NCBI GenBank assembly: GCA_025935815.1
Contig: JAICUO010000001.1
Coordinates: forward strand, 1 to 49,786
DNA: 49,786 nt
DNA from: Streptosporangiaceae bacterium
GTDB lineage: Bacteria; Actinomycetota; Actinomycetes; Streptosporangiales; Streptosporangiaceae
Reading direction: 5' to 3'
The position numbers and the translations under genes are program-made. The notes below the pieces were generated by a model. The model worked only from the letters and a program-made list of their open reading frames with translations, ran no database searches and was not told the DNA's origin. Positions 30,101 through 36,052 of the stretch are shown in pieces (the stretch's first letter is position 1; each line of letters starts with the position of its first letter).

Positions 30101-30255
30101 AGGAACCACATCTGCTGCTGCCCGAACGACAAGGGCAGCGGTCCTTCCCGGTCTACGGGCGCGATCCGCAGGCGCCGCCTGCCACGGGCCCCTGGATGCC
30201 GTCGCAGCGACTGCGTAGCGTCGGTGCTGGTCTGATTGACATCCCCGATGGTCAT
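18148..30255 (-). CDS. NRPS2: C-A-T-C-A-T-C-A-T-E(degenerate)-beta-lactamase-like domain, 4035 aa
   Basis: Three TSGSTGRPKG A domains; T motifs GGDSI, GGHSI, GGDSL; C motifs HHIACDA, CHAILEG, LHAITEG; E-like region; C-terminal ASVSK (SxxK) domain. Confidence 0.95.
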   Translation of the reverse strand: MTIGDVNQTSTDATQSLRRHPGARGRRRLRIAPVDREGPLPLSFGQQQMWFLNRMEPDSPEYLIPLILRLRGPLDPDAMSVAIDAIIERHEILRTRYALAGTEPVQVIGPVWPDTLTVTDLREAPDGERQAMRLAEQDASAGIDLAREWPLRARLIRIADDDHLLVVIFHHIACDAWSLRVFAEDLSACYRSAIAGDPCPLEPLPIQYADFAAYQRDLAATPAMERSIEYWRNQLAGHERVDLPADRQRPDTRSWQGDAIPVRIPEPLADAVRELARAHGVTAFTVLLAAFQALLARYTGRPDVVVGTVATARTRPELQRLIGYGINNLVLRGQWPGDLAFSELITLTQVVLLDALDHQQVPFAQLVDKLSPERDLSRTPLFQVSFIMAEPKVLGIDLPGIAAQSLEVPWRTAKFDLSLQMEEVAEGAINGQLEYATALFDRDTVERVGQHLVRLLAHAASRPTAMVGALEILGEDELAVVRDRQREAQAPAPAGQRSVADAFEAQVRATPAAVAVVCGDVTLSYAELNRRANQLAHHLRSLGAAPDTLVGVCLERGVDVVITLVAVLKSGAAYLPLDPSYPADRLTFMVADAGARIVVTQSAYVPLAAQVHPGELVVLDRDESAITRHSPLDPQRATCADNLSYVIYTSGSTGRPKGVCVTHGSVLRLFTVTQRHYGFDHTDVWSLFHSYAFDFYVWEMWGALLYGGCAVVVPFHVARSTDDFLNLLVKHKVTVLSQTPSAFRALIRFAADGDERIARLKLRYVIFGGEKLQIPELRPWAARLGLDSPALVNMYGITETTVHTTYHRLTGQDLGSAASPIGGPLSDLRIYLLDPHGRLVPVGVPGEIHVGGAGLARGYLNRPGLTAERFVPDPFGPPGSRLYRSGDLARRRLGGTLDFLGRIDNQVQIRGYRIELGEVQAALRDCSRLHDAVVVAHEDTPGRQRLVAYVVPEGDDVPPTGELRTLLARSLPDYMIPAVFVPLTEIPLTVNGKLDVRRLPPPDGAASAPGGEYIAPRTPVEEWVAAAWSQVLGVARVGVADSFFDLGGDSIRAVALVGALRDAGLNISLTDVFERRTVAGVCELVASRQSPAPELTLVAPFELITKADRERLPADVVDAYPLSRLQLGMLVEMLADHDLNAYHNVTSFRIRDDKPLSPEAIQEATRIVVGRHEVLRTSFELTGYSTPIQLVHPAADVAVRTIDLRRANADQQRAAIRAFTSQERSRQLDLSTPPLVRVTAHMCDGNTWWISITECHAILEGWSYHSLLMELLGYYRRIRDGLQPEPLELPAIRYADFIASELQTLADDRDRDHWRVVVSAHPKLSLPAAWGDGPDSPRTVHRIKEPLPGIDSELRPLAAECGASVKSVLMAAHLKVMSMLTDEPAFFTGLVCHGRPEAPGTERVFGVYLNTVPFAFDRSARTWRELVGQVFAQEAQAWAHRRFPMPEIQREMGGGQRLIDVRFAFLDFPQLDTTLIDVEATVDESPSEFGLAIIALGGNLLLTSNTQVVSEANLARLAAMYRAVLAAMLADPDGDAQAAYLPPGERERLLNDWNLPAMNPGPAQSVHGLFELQVTMSPDSPAVTFNGQSMTYRQLDARANQIAHRLRELGATAETTVGVLLDRGPDLVACLLAVWKAGAAYIPLDPSFPAQRIGMMLADASARIAVTGSRHRGLIAAAGHDVTVVDIGEDEISRMPTASAGIQADPDRLAYVIFTSGSTGRPKGVQVTHRGLANHVRWAAETLAAQGTRGAPLFSSVAFDLIVPNLWAPLVTGQPVHMLPPGLDIADLGHTLAARGPFSFIKLTPGHLDVLSRQLDDEQAGKLAAVIVVAGEALLGQLADRWLQLLGPGRLVNEYGPTEASVGSSVFGVDEPATSQITPIGRPLPGMTLYVLDAGMHPVPIDVPGELYVGGTGVARGYAGRPGMTAGRFLPDPFGRPGARLYRTGDTVRVRPDGVVCFLGRVDDQVKLRGYRIEPGEIRSTLLGHPAVLEAVVVASGSGTEDRQLVAYCVPAQDARPAAAELAAHCAASLPEYMVPAIFMMMERLPLNANGKVDRGALPQPDLARAAGPQFAAPRSPLEHQIAEVWRVVLELDQVSVHESFFDLGGHSIRGVALVGALRAAGLDVGVGDVFEHRTIAELAAVLAARTELSEDTGSVPPFALISAHDKERLPGDITDAYPLSYAQRGMLAEMLADPSRSIYRDCASFQVRDDRPFSQATLEQAVQVVVDRHEILRTSFDLAGYSVPLQLVHARAQLPVSLVDLRGLTEAEQELAVRRLHQRERAAMFDLGKPPLMRLTALIQGELTWRLAFTQLHAITEGWSFHSMLMEVLSGYRRLRDGLAPEPYQAPAARYADFIAAEQRSLESEEDRAYWQQVVADFPKLTLPSAWAGDPRMPRDDYGVIVVYEDLHDGLRALASASRTSLKSVLHAAHLKVMSMLTPEPAFSSGLVCSTRPQAQGADKMYGVFLNTVPFAFERPAGTWRELAAQTFKGEAELLPHQRLPMTVIQREMGDGSRLIDVLFTYQEYHQIDTDLIEVDATEGVTVTEFGLNVAANPRFLALLTHTHAISRASADRLAAMFRAVLEAMAADPDGDARAAYLPPGEGQPAITAGPAPAVTMCMHEVLEQRASEAPGAPAVVAGAGELSYAQLNARANQVAHHLRDLGVGPESLVGVCLQPGLDLIPVLLGVLKAGGAYLPLPVSAPAERLRFMLGDTVVSVVVTDGEHAPALADVYAGDLVILDQDEAAIASSPATNLTTAVRPDNLAYVIYTSGSTGRPKGVGVTHASVLRLFTAMAGRAEFDAAQTWALLHSHAFDVSVWEMWGALLHGARLVVVPPEIAQAPDELFTFFERHQVTTVAISPVAFRALIGSAGGDGTRLSRLALREVLFGGDPLEAADLAEWVASQGIGRTRLTQGYGPTEATVQVTYHVIGEADLSAGGRVPIGRPVDDMRVYVLDAAGRPVPDGVPGELCAAGPGVARGYIDRPALTAELFVADPYGPAGSRYYRTGDLVRRRADGNLDFLGRIDDQVKVRGYRVEPGEVQAVLAAHPQVREAVVIAYGDDPGGKRLVAYYTPAGAGPVQAAELAAHCAQRLPDYMVPGAFVALDRIPLTRNGKLDRRGLPAPDRASLWSSSTEFLAPRTATERRLAGIWAGLLGVDQVGAHDRFMDLGGDSLMVLRALSQARSAGLPVSLRMIYQYGSIAELAGAIDRASALLAAGGRDGRPLQLTPAQRILLDRNAAGQPDQYQASLHLTRPVDAETLDAALRAVTSHHDALRLRVVPVDRRWHVTLAAADAAGPVRRASPAGRSQPGRTGSGQPVLAERAVNERALTELGQRLDIADGPVLDALLVSPDGGQPARLAMAAPALVMDRASWLALLEDLETAYHQLAAGQEVALPPASIEFGPWAGQLADMAARTELTGQAHHWLNLVPGPPLPADGPEGTALVASARTITESLPAGLAGQLRQVPAQNLRELMLAALAVVLTRWAGGDRLLVDVEGRPQRGAAAGRDLRRAVGPFTHRFPVALWIPPRQGARAVLRSVGEQLRAVPDDGLGYGMLRHLAVDDALADALARMPSPAVRFGFAQSPADGAGPSGTFTLDDLVAIRDPMTAREHLLEVDVLAETAQIRSWWTYSPAVHHEATIRRLMAEYAAELATMADSWPAAEASAPAARGGRPRSVSAPSPAEAVMSEHHVPGVSLATIRGGELVSADAYGRVDARGSAPVTSQTLFRVASVSKQVTALGVLRLVTEGRLDLDKDVNSYLVRWRLPGTGQSPVTARHLLANVAGLATEPDHAAYGHDEPLPTALEALAGRHPARTPQVRPKCPPGQLFEKNKNNYLVLDLLMTDITGRAFPQLMKELVFEPLGMVNSSFDPLCPATASQPVARGHDAFGIPVAGLGPAHPAIAAGGLWSTAEDIAKAQLEIRRAYLGQSALITQSLAEQMLTPTPGTLYGLSTVVDHLQADLDFGSVGEFTGYFAVAMCRIRSGDGFVLLTNADGGREIARIMADPAGDSGEFGRLAEARRIATATDAGREP

Positions 30256-30305
30256 GCCCTGGTCTCCTGTTCAAGGGGTCTGGGTGCGTATGTCCGCCGC
30301 CGACG

Positions 30306-33300
30306 TCATTCCGGCTCCATGAGCCCTGCCACGGCCGCGGAAAGCCGGGCTACCGTTGGCCGCTCGAATATCAGCCGGACGGGAAGCTCCAGGTCGAATT
30401 CATCCTGGATATCGGCCATCACCTGCAATGCGAGCCGGGAGTTCCCGCCGAACTGGAAGAAGTTCTGGTCAGCGTCCAGCTCGAGGCCGAGCGCCGTCGC
30501 CCAGATGGCGGTGATCCGGCGCTCGACCTCGCCCTGCGCCGCGTTCGCGCCAGCCGCCGCGCCGGCCGGCGTCATCGCAGGGTCGGCCGCCACTGTCGCC
30601 AGCGTCGCGATGAACCGGTCCGCCAGCCGGGCAATGGTGAGCTCGTCGAACAGGGACGTGGCGTACTCGAACAACCCGGTCATGCCGCCGTCCGCGGCCT
30701 CGTAGAGGTACAGGGTCAGATCCGTCCTGGCCGTACGCCAGATGGCCTGGTACGGGCCGAGGCTGTCGCGGCCCATCGTCTCCCCTTCGGCCAGGTAGTT
30801 GAAAATGACCTGATAGAGCGGAGTCCGCGAGAGGTCACGGGCGGGAGCCATCATGTCGACCAGCCGCTCGAAGGGCAGGTCCTGGTGCGCGAAGGCAGCG
30901 CGGCTCGTCCGCGCCACCCCGTCGAGCAGGTCATCGAAGCGCGCGTCGGGGGTCAGCCGGCAGCGGAGCACCAGCATGTTGAGGAACGCGCCGATCAGCC
31001 CGCCGATCTCGGGCCGGGTCCGCCCGGCCACCGGTGCGCCAATCGCGACATCCCACTGCCCGCTCCAGTCGGCCAGCAGGGCCGCGAATACCGTCAGGTA
31101 GGCCATGAATGTCGTCGCGCCGTGCTCCTTGCTCAGCTTGGCGATGCCGTTGGCGGTGTCGTCGGGGATGGCGAAGGTCACCGTCGCGCCCCGTGAATCG
31201 CGGACGGCCGGGCGGGGGCGGTCGGCGGGCAGTTCCAGGGGCGCCATGCCGCGCAGTTCCCGCTCCCAGAAGTCCAGGTGCGGCGCGATCACCTGCTCAG
31301 TCAGCGATGCCCGCTGCCATACCGCGTAGTCGGCATACTGAACCGGCACCGGCCGCAGGTCAGGCTCGCGGCCGTCCGCTATCGCGTCGCAGAGCTCACG
31401 GATATCGTCGGCGAACACCGCCGACGACCAGCCGTCGGAGGCGATGTGGTGAACCGCCAGCATCAGCATGTGCCCGGCCGCCAGGCCGGGCACGAGCAGC
31501 GCCCGCCACACCGGGCCGCGGGCCAGGTCGAAGCCCTGCTCGAACTCCGCGCGGATCAGGGCGTCCAGTTGCTCGCTGGTCAGGGTGGCATCGGCAACCC
31601 GTAGTGAGACCGGGCCCGGCTCATCGATAACCTGCCACGGCTCCCCGCCCTTGGCCAGGTACCGGGTGCGCAGGACCTCGTGCCGGGCCACCAGCGTCGC
31701 CAACGCGGCCTGGACCGTCTCCGCCGACAGGTGACCGGGCAGGCGAACCCCCATGGGCGTCACCCACTCGGTGTTGCCGGGATTCATCTGGTCGAGGAAC
31801 CACATCTGGTTCTGCTGGAAGGACACTGGCAGCGGCCCGTTACGCGGCACCGCCTCCAACTGCACCGCCTCCGGCTGCGGGAGCAGCTCACCGGGCCGAC
31901 CGATGAGGCGAGCCTGCGCGGCGACCGTGGTCTCGGTAAAGAGGTCCTGCATCGCGACCGGGTGCCCCGCGGCCGCCGCCAGGCGGCTGGCCAGCCTCGT
32001 CAGCAGCAGCGATGAGCCGCCCAGCTGGAAGAAGTCGTCCTGGGCGCCCACGTCCGCGACCTTGAGCAACTGCGACCACACCCCGGCGACCACGCGTTCA
32101 GCAGGCGTCTGCGGCGCCCCGCGGTCAGGCCGCTCACCGGAGTAGGGGTCGGGCAGCGCCGCCCGGTCCACTTTCCCGCTGGTCAGCATCGGGAATTCCG
32201 GCAGCACGACGAACGCCGAGGGGATGAAGGGATCGGGCAGCCGGGTCTTCAGGTGGCGGCGCAGCTGGTCCGGCGTGATCTCGCTGTCCTGGCTCAGCAC
32301 GTAGGCCACGAGGCTCATCGGGGCGTCGTCGCGGGCACGCGCCATGACGACGGCGCCTCGCAGCGCCGGATGGGCGAGCAAGGCCGTTTCCACCTCGCCC
32401 GGCTCTATCCGGACGCCGTTGACCTTGACCTGGTCATCGAGGCGGCCGAGGTAGTCAAGGGCGTCGTCGTGACGCCACCGGACCAGGTCCCCCGTGCGGT
32501 AGATCCGCGAGCCCGGCGGCCCGTACGGGTCGGGAACGAAGCGCTGCGCGGTCAGGCCCGGCTGGCCGAGGTAGCCGCGCGCCAGCGCCAGCCCGCCCAC
32601 GCACAACTCTCCAGGTGTACCGAACGGAGTGGGCCGGCTCCGTTCATCCAAGACCAGCACCCGCACGTTGGCGATGGGAGCGCCGATCGGCACCCGGCCC
32701 GACAGCTGTCCGGCATCCACGAGGTGGGCGGTGACGTCGATCGCGCACTCGGTGGGCCCGTAAGTGTTCCACATCTGCGCTGGCGAGCGCGTGCGCAGCT
32801 GCGCGCACAGCCCGGCGTCGAGCGGCTCGCCGGCCGAGGCGATCAGGCGCAGCGCACCGCAGCCACTCCAGCCGGGCTCATCGGTCATCAGTCGCAGCAC
32901 CGACGGGACCGCTTGCAAGACAGTGACGCCGAACCGGGCTACCGTGTCCAGCAGCAGCGCCGGATCGTGCTCCGCCCCGGCCGCCGGGAGGACCACGGCA
33001 CCCCCGCTGACCAGCGGCGCGAAGATTTCCCACCCCGCCGCGTCGAACGTCAGCGCCGTTCGCTGTATCACCCGGTCAGCGCTGGTCAGCCCTTGCTCGC
33101 GCACCGTCCACAGGACCCGGTTCGCGATGGCCTCGTGGGTGATCACCACGCCCTTGGGCCGGCCGGTCGAGCCGGATGTGTAGATCGCGTAGGCGGCCAT
33201 GGCCGGGGCCGGCCCACCGGAAGGCACCGTGTCCGGTGCACCCGCCGCCTGGTCGTCGATCTCGGACGGGAAAAGCACCGGGACACCGCTCCCGGCGGCC

Positions 33301-33644
33301 TTCCCGGCGCCGGCCGCGTCGGTTACCAGCAACCGCGGTCCCGTGTCCGACAACAGCCATCGCAGCCGCTCTGCGGGCTGGGCAGCGTCCAGCGGCACGT
33401 AGGCGGCCCCGCACTTCCAGACCGCCAGCAGCACGGCAACCAGGTCCGGGCACTTGGGCAAGCAGACCGCGACCAGGCTCTCCGGCGCCACTCCGGCATC
33501 CAGGAATGCCCGCGCGAGCCGGTCGGACCGGGCGCCGAGGGCGGCATAGCTGACGGGCCTGCCCCGGCTGTCGATGATCGCGGGCGCGTCCGGGGTCAGT
33601 GCTGCCGCGCGAGCGAACAGGGCAGGTAGCGGTTTGGCATCCAT
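30306..33644 (-). CDS. NRPS1: A-T-C-T, about 1112 aa
   Basis: YTSGSTGRPKG, YRTGD, SGKVDR; T1 FFQLGGSSL; C HHIASDG; T2 FFQFGGNSRL with no A domain in between; start ATG 33644. Confidence 0.93.
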   Translation of the reverse strand: MDAKPLPALFARAAALTPDAPAIIDSRGRPVSYAALGARSDRLARAFLDAGVAPESLVAVCLPKCPDLVAVLLAVWKCGAAYVPLDAAQPAERLRWLLSDTGPRLLVTDAAGAGKAAGSGVPVLFPSEIDDQAAGAPDTVPSGGPAPAMAAYAIYTSGSTGRPKGVVITHEAIANRVLWTVREQGLTSADRVIQRTALTFDAAGWEIFAPLVSGGAVVLPAAGAEHDPALLLDTVARFGVTVLQAVPSVLRLMTDEPGWSGCGALRLIASAGEPLDAGLCAQLRTRSPAQMWNTYGPTECAIDVTAHLVDAGQLSGRVPIGAPIANVRVLVLDERSRPTPFGTPGELCVGGLALARGYLGQPGLTAQRFVPDPYGPPGSRIYRTGDLVRWRHDDALDYLGRLDDQVKVNGVRIEPGEVETALLAHPALRGAVVMARARDDAPMSLVAYVLSQDSEITPDQLRRHLKTRLPDPFIPSAFVVLPEFPMLTSGKVDRAALPDPYSGERPDRGAPQTPAERVVAGVWSQLLKVADVGAQDDFFQLGGSSLLLTRLASRLAAAAGHPVAMQDLFTETTVAAQARLIGRPGELLPQPEAVQLEAVPRNGPLPVSFQQNQMWFLDQMNPGNTEWVTPMGVRLPGHLSAETVQAALATLVARHEVLRTRYLAKGGEPWQVIDEPGPVSLRVADATLTSEQLDALIRAEFEQGFDLARGPVWRALLVPGLAAGHMLMLAVHHIASDGWSSAVFADDIRELCDAIADGREPDLRPVPVQYADYAVWQRASLTEQVIAPHLDFWERELRGMAPLELPADRPRPAVRDSRGATVTFAIPDDTANGIAKLSKEHGATTFMAYLTVFAALLADWSGQWDVAIGAPVAGRTRPEIGGLIGAFLNMLVLRCRLTPDARFDDLLDGVARTSRAAFAHQDLPFERLVDMMAPARDLSRTPLYQVIFNYLAEGETMGRDSLGPYQAIWRTARTDLTLYLYEAADGGMTGLFEYATSLFDELTIARLADRFIATLATVAADPAMTPAGAAAGANAAQGEVERRITAIWATALGLELDADQNFFQFGGNSRLALQVMADIQDEFDLELPVRLIFERPTVARLSAAVAGLMEPE

Positions 33645-33769
33645 GACGCTCTCTTTCGTGCGGTGCTCACTACGGTCCACCGCTGCCGCAGGCGCAACGG
33701 CCGCAGGGCGGTCCGCGCCTCATCGATATGGCCGAGGTGCGCGGCAGCGCCCGTCTCTTCGCCACATCG

Positions 33770-33802
33770 ATGATCCGTTTGGCGGCAATACCCCATCTAT
33801 AC
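33770..33802 (-). promoter_or_regulatory. Putative SARP-dependent promoter of the NRPS operon
   Basis: Minus strand GTATAGA-tggg-GTATTGC-9 nt-GATCAT. Confidence 0.6.
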
Positions 33803-33834
33803 GAGTTGGGGCCCGGCGCTGTGTGTGCGCGAGA

Positions 33835-35730
33835 TCAGCCGCGTATCCGGCGCCAACATGTGGGCCGCCCGCGTGGCGCTGGACGTGCGCCCAGGGCGTG
33901 GAGCGGACTGAGTTCTCCCTGCGCGGCCAGGCCAGCACCCCGCCGTCCCGGTCCCCGGGCCAGCAGTCCTACCGCGAGCCCGCCGAGGCGACGCCCTCCT
34001 AAGGACACCCGCGCCGGCCGCCGGCCTTCCCCGCTGAGAACAGGACCGAAGGAGAATGAGGCACTGACCGCGGTGACGAGCCCGCGTGCGTAGTACCGCA
34101 CCTGATAGGCGCCGTGGCCAGGCGGCGACGGGAAGCTCGCCGTGCCGATGCTGGCCGCGGTACCGACGCGCTGGGCGCTTCGGCACCGGCGGGCGCGGAC
34201 CGCGCACAGCGCGATGACGTCCGCCGCGGAGTGACCGGCCGGCGCTGACCAGTCCACGTCGACCGTGGTCCCGGCCGTCCCTGCGTTGACAGCCGCGTTG
34301 ACCGTGGGCGGCACCCAGCCGCCGAGCACGAACGCGGGGTCGGACCACTGGGCGGCCTGCGCCGCGGTGAGCTGCCGGGAGCAGGCCAGGCGCTGGCTGG
34401 TGTCGACGGGCTGGCCCTGCGGGGTCACCGACCCGTACTCCCAGAACTGCACGTGGGCGGCGGCCGGGCAGTCGGCGTTGTTGAGCAGCCAGCCGGCCGG
34501 GTTGACGTGGGAGTCCATCGTGGTGTCGATGTAGACGGCCTGGCTGTAGGGGTACACGGTGGGGTCGATCCGGGCCAGGTAGACCGAGCCGCCGGCGACC
34601 CCGGCGGCGTGGGTGAGCGTGTCGTCGTAGAACACGTAGCCGTTCTGGCCCTGGCTATTGCGGACCTGGGTGACGTATCCGGCGTGCATGGACTTCAGCT
34701 CGTCGTGCGTCCAGAACACGCTGCCGACTCCCCAGGTGAAGTCCACGTCGCCCTGGATGTAGCTGTCGGTCACGTACCCGAGCCCTTGGAGCCGGATCGT
34801 GTCCTGGTAGGACAGCAAGCTGACCCGGTTCAGCGTGATCCGGTCGGCGTTGCCGCGGAATGCCTCGGCCTGGCTGCCGCCGAAGGGCGTGGTGTTGAGC
34901 AGGGTCAGGTTCCGCAGCGTGAAATCATTGGCCTCCACGCTGAAGTTCGATCGCCAGCAGTTGAAATCGTCGTGCACCGGGATGGCCTGCCGGGCACAGA
35001 CGTCGGTCGTGTTCGCGGAGTTGAGCGCGTTATTGTTCGCGTACTGGATGACCGTCCCCGAACGCGACTGGCCCGCGACGGTGATGAGCGGCTTATCCGG
35101 GGCAACCCAGTCGAGCTCGGTGTAGGTCCCGTCCGCCACCTTGATGGTCCTCGGGATGGCGTTGTTCGCGGGCATCGCGTTTATCGCGCCCTGCACCGTG
35201 CAGAATTCGCCTCGCCCGCGGGAGTCGACGGTGATGATCCGGGCGTTCGGCCGCGGATGGCGGCGCGTCGTGGTGAACCGCCAGGCGTGCGGGTCGGCGA
35301 TGCCGGTGAAGCCCGCCGCGGTGAAGACCGTGGGGTCGGCGGTCACGTAGTAGGCGCGGCCGTACGCCAGCTCGTGGTGCAGGTAGATAGTCGCGGTGTC
35401 GCCGGTGATGATCACCGGGTAGTAGCTGAAGGAGTGCGGGTTCCCGGCTTCGTCGGTCGCCCCGCCGACGGTCTCGGTGAACGAGGCTGGATCAGCGAGG
35501 TCGATGCGGTCAGCGACCGAGCCGTCCGCGTTGTGCACGGTGATCGAGCCAGTAGTGCCCAGCGTTGGCGCCGACCCGAACGTGATCGTCAGCGGCGTGT
35601 CCACGCAAGCGCCGGTACTCCCATAACCTGTCCCGGTGACCGTGCCCCCGGTCGCGGCGATCGCCGAGCCGCCCGTCGTCGCGCCGGCTATCAGGGCCAG
35701 GGCAATCACTACCCGCCAGGTCCTCATCAT
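33835..35730 (-). CDS. Secreted pectinesterase-family (CE8) protein with N-terminal Ig-like domain
   Basis: Signal peptide MMRTWRVVIALALIAG; TVQGAINA, DGTYTE, QAEA, YQDT, IQGDVDFTWG, YLAR, FWEY. Confidence 0.8.
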   Translation of the reverse strand: MMRTWRVVIALALIAGATTGGSAIAATGGTVTGTGYGSTGACVDTPLTITFGSAPTLGTTGSITVHNADGSVADRIDLADPASFTETVGGATDEAGNPHSFSYYPVIITGDTATIYLHHELAYGRAYYVTADPTVFTAAGFTGIADPHAWRFTTTRRHPRPNARIITVDSRGRGEFCTVQGAINAMPANNAIPRTIKVADGTYTELDWVAPDKPLITVAGQSRSGTVIQYANNNALNSANTTDVCARQAIPVHDDFNCWRSNFSVEANDFTLRNLTLLNTTPFGGSQAEAFRGNADRITLNRVSLLSYQDTIRLQGLGYVTDSYIQGDVDFTWGVGSVFWTHDELKSMHAGYVTQVRNSQGQNGYVFYDDTLTHAAGVAGGSVYLARIDPTVYPYSQAVYIDTTMDSHVNPAGWLLNNADCPAAAHVQFWEYGSVTPQGQPVDTSQRLACSRQLTAAQAAQWSDPAFVLGGWVPPTVNAAVNAGTAGTTVDVDWSAPAGHSAADVIALCAVRARRCRSAQRVGTAASIGTASFPSPPGHGAYQVRYYARGLVTAVSASFSFGPVLSGEGRRPARVSLGGRRLGGLAVGLLARGPGRRGAGLAAQGELSPLHALGARPAPRGRPTCWRRIRG

Positions 35731-36025
35731 TACCACCCGAAATCGCTCATAAATGCTCACCAACATTATGCGCGCGTTACCATCCCGGCGGGCGGTGTAC
35801 GTCACCGGCTCGTCCTCGGGCGCGATAATGCCCGCCCGCCCGCCTGCCTGCCCGGCCCCGGCCCGCTTCGGGCTGCAAGTTTCAGTTGCCCGTATCCGGT
35901 TACGGCTGACCGGCTCCCGGCATTCCGGCTGGTCACGCCGGCCAGGCGGCGTGCCGCCGCCGGGTCGGCCGCGGACCTGGTGAACCGTGATTGTTCCCCC
36001 GGGCCGGGCTGGTTAGCGTGCCGTC

Positions 36026-36037
36026 GTGAGCGCTCAC
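36026..36037. promoter_or_regulatory. LacI-family operator-like palindrome
   Basis: GTGAGCGCTCAC with central CG, immediately upstream of the GAGGAG RBS of the GH43 gene. Confidence 0.6.
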
Positions 36038-36052
36038 ACCGAGGAGACGGTC

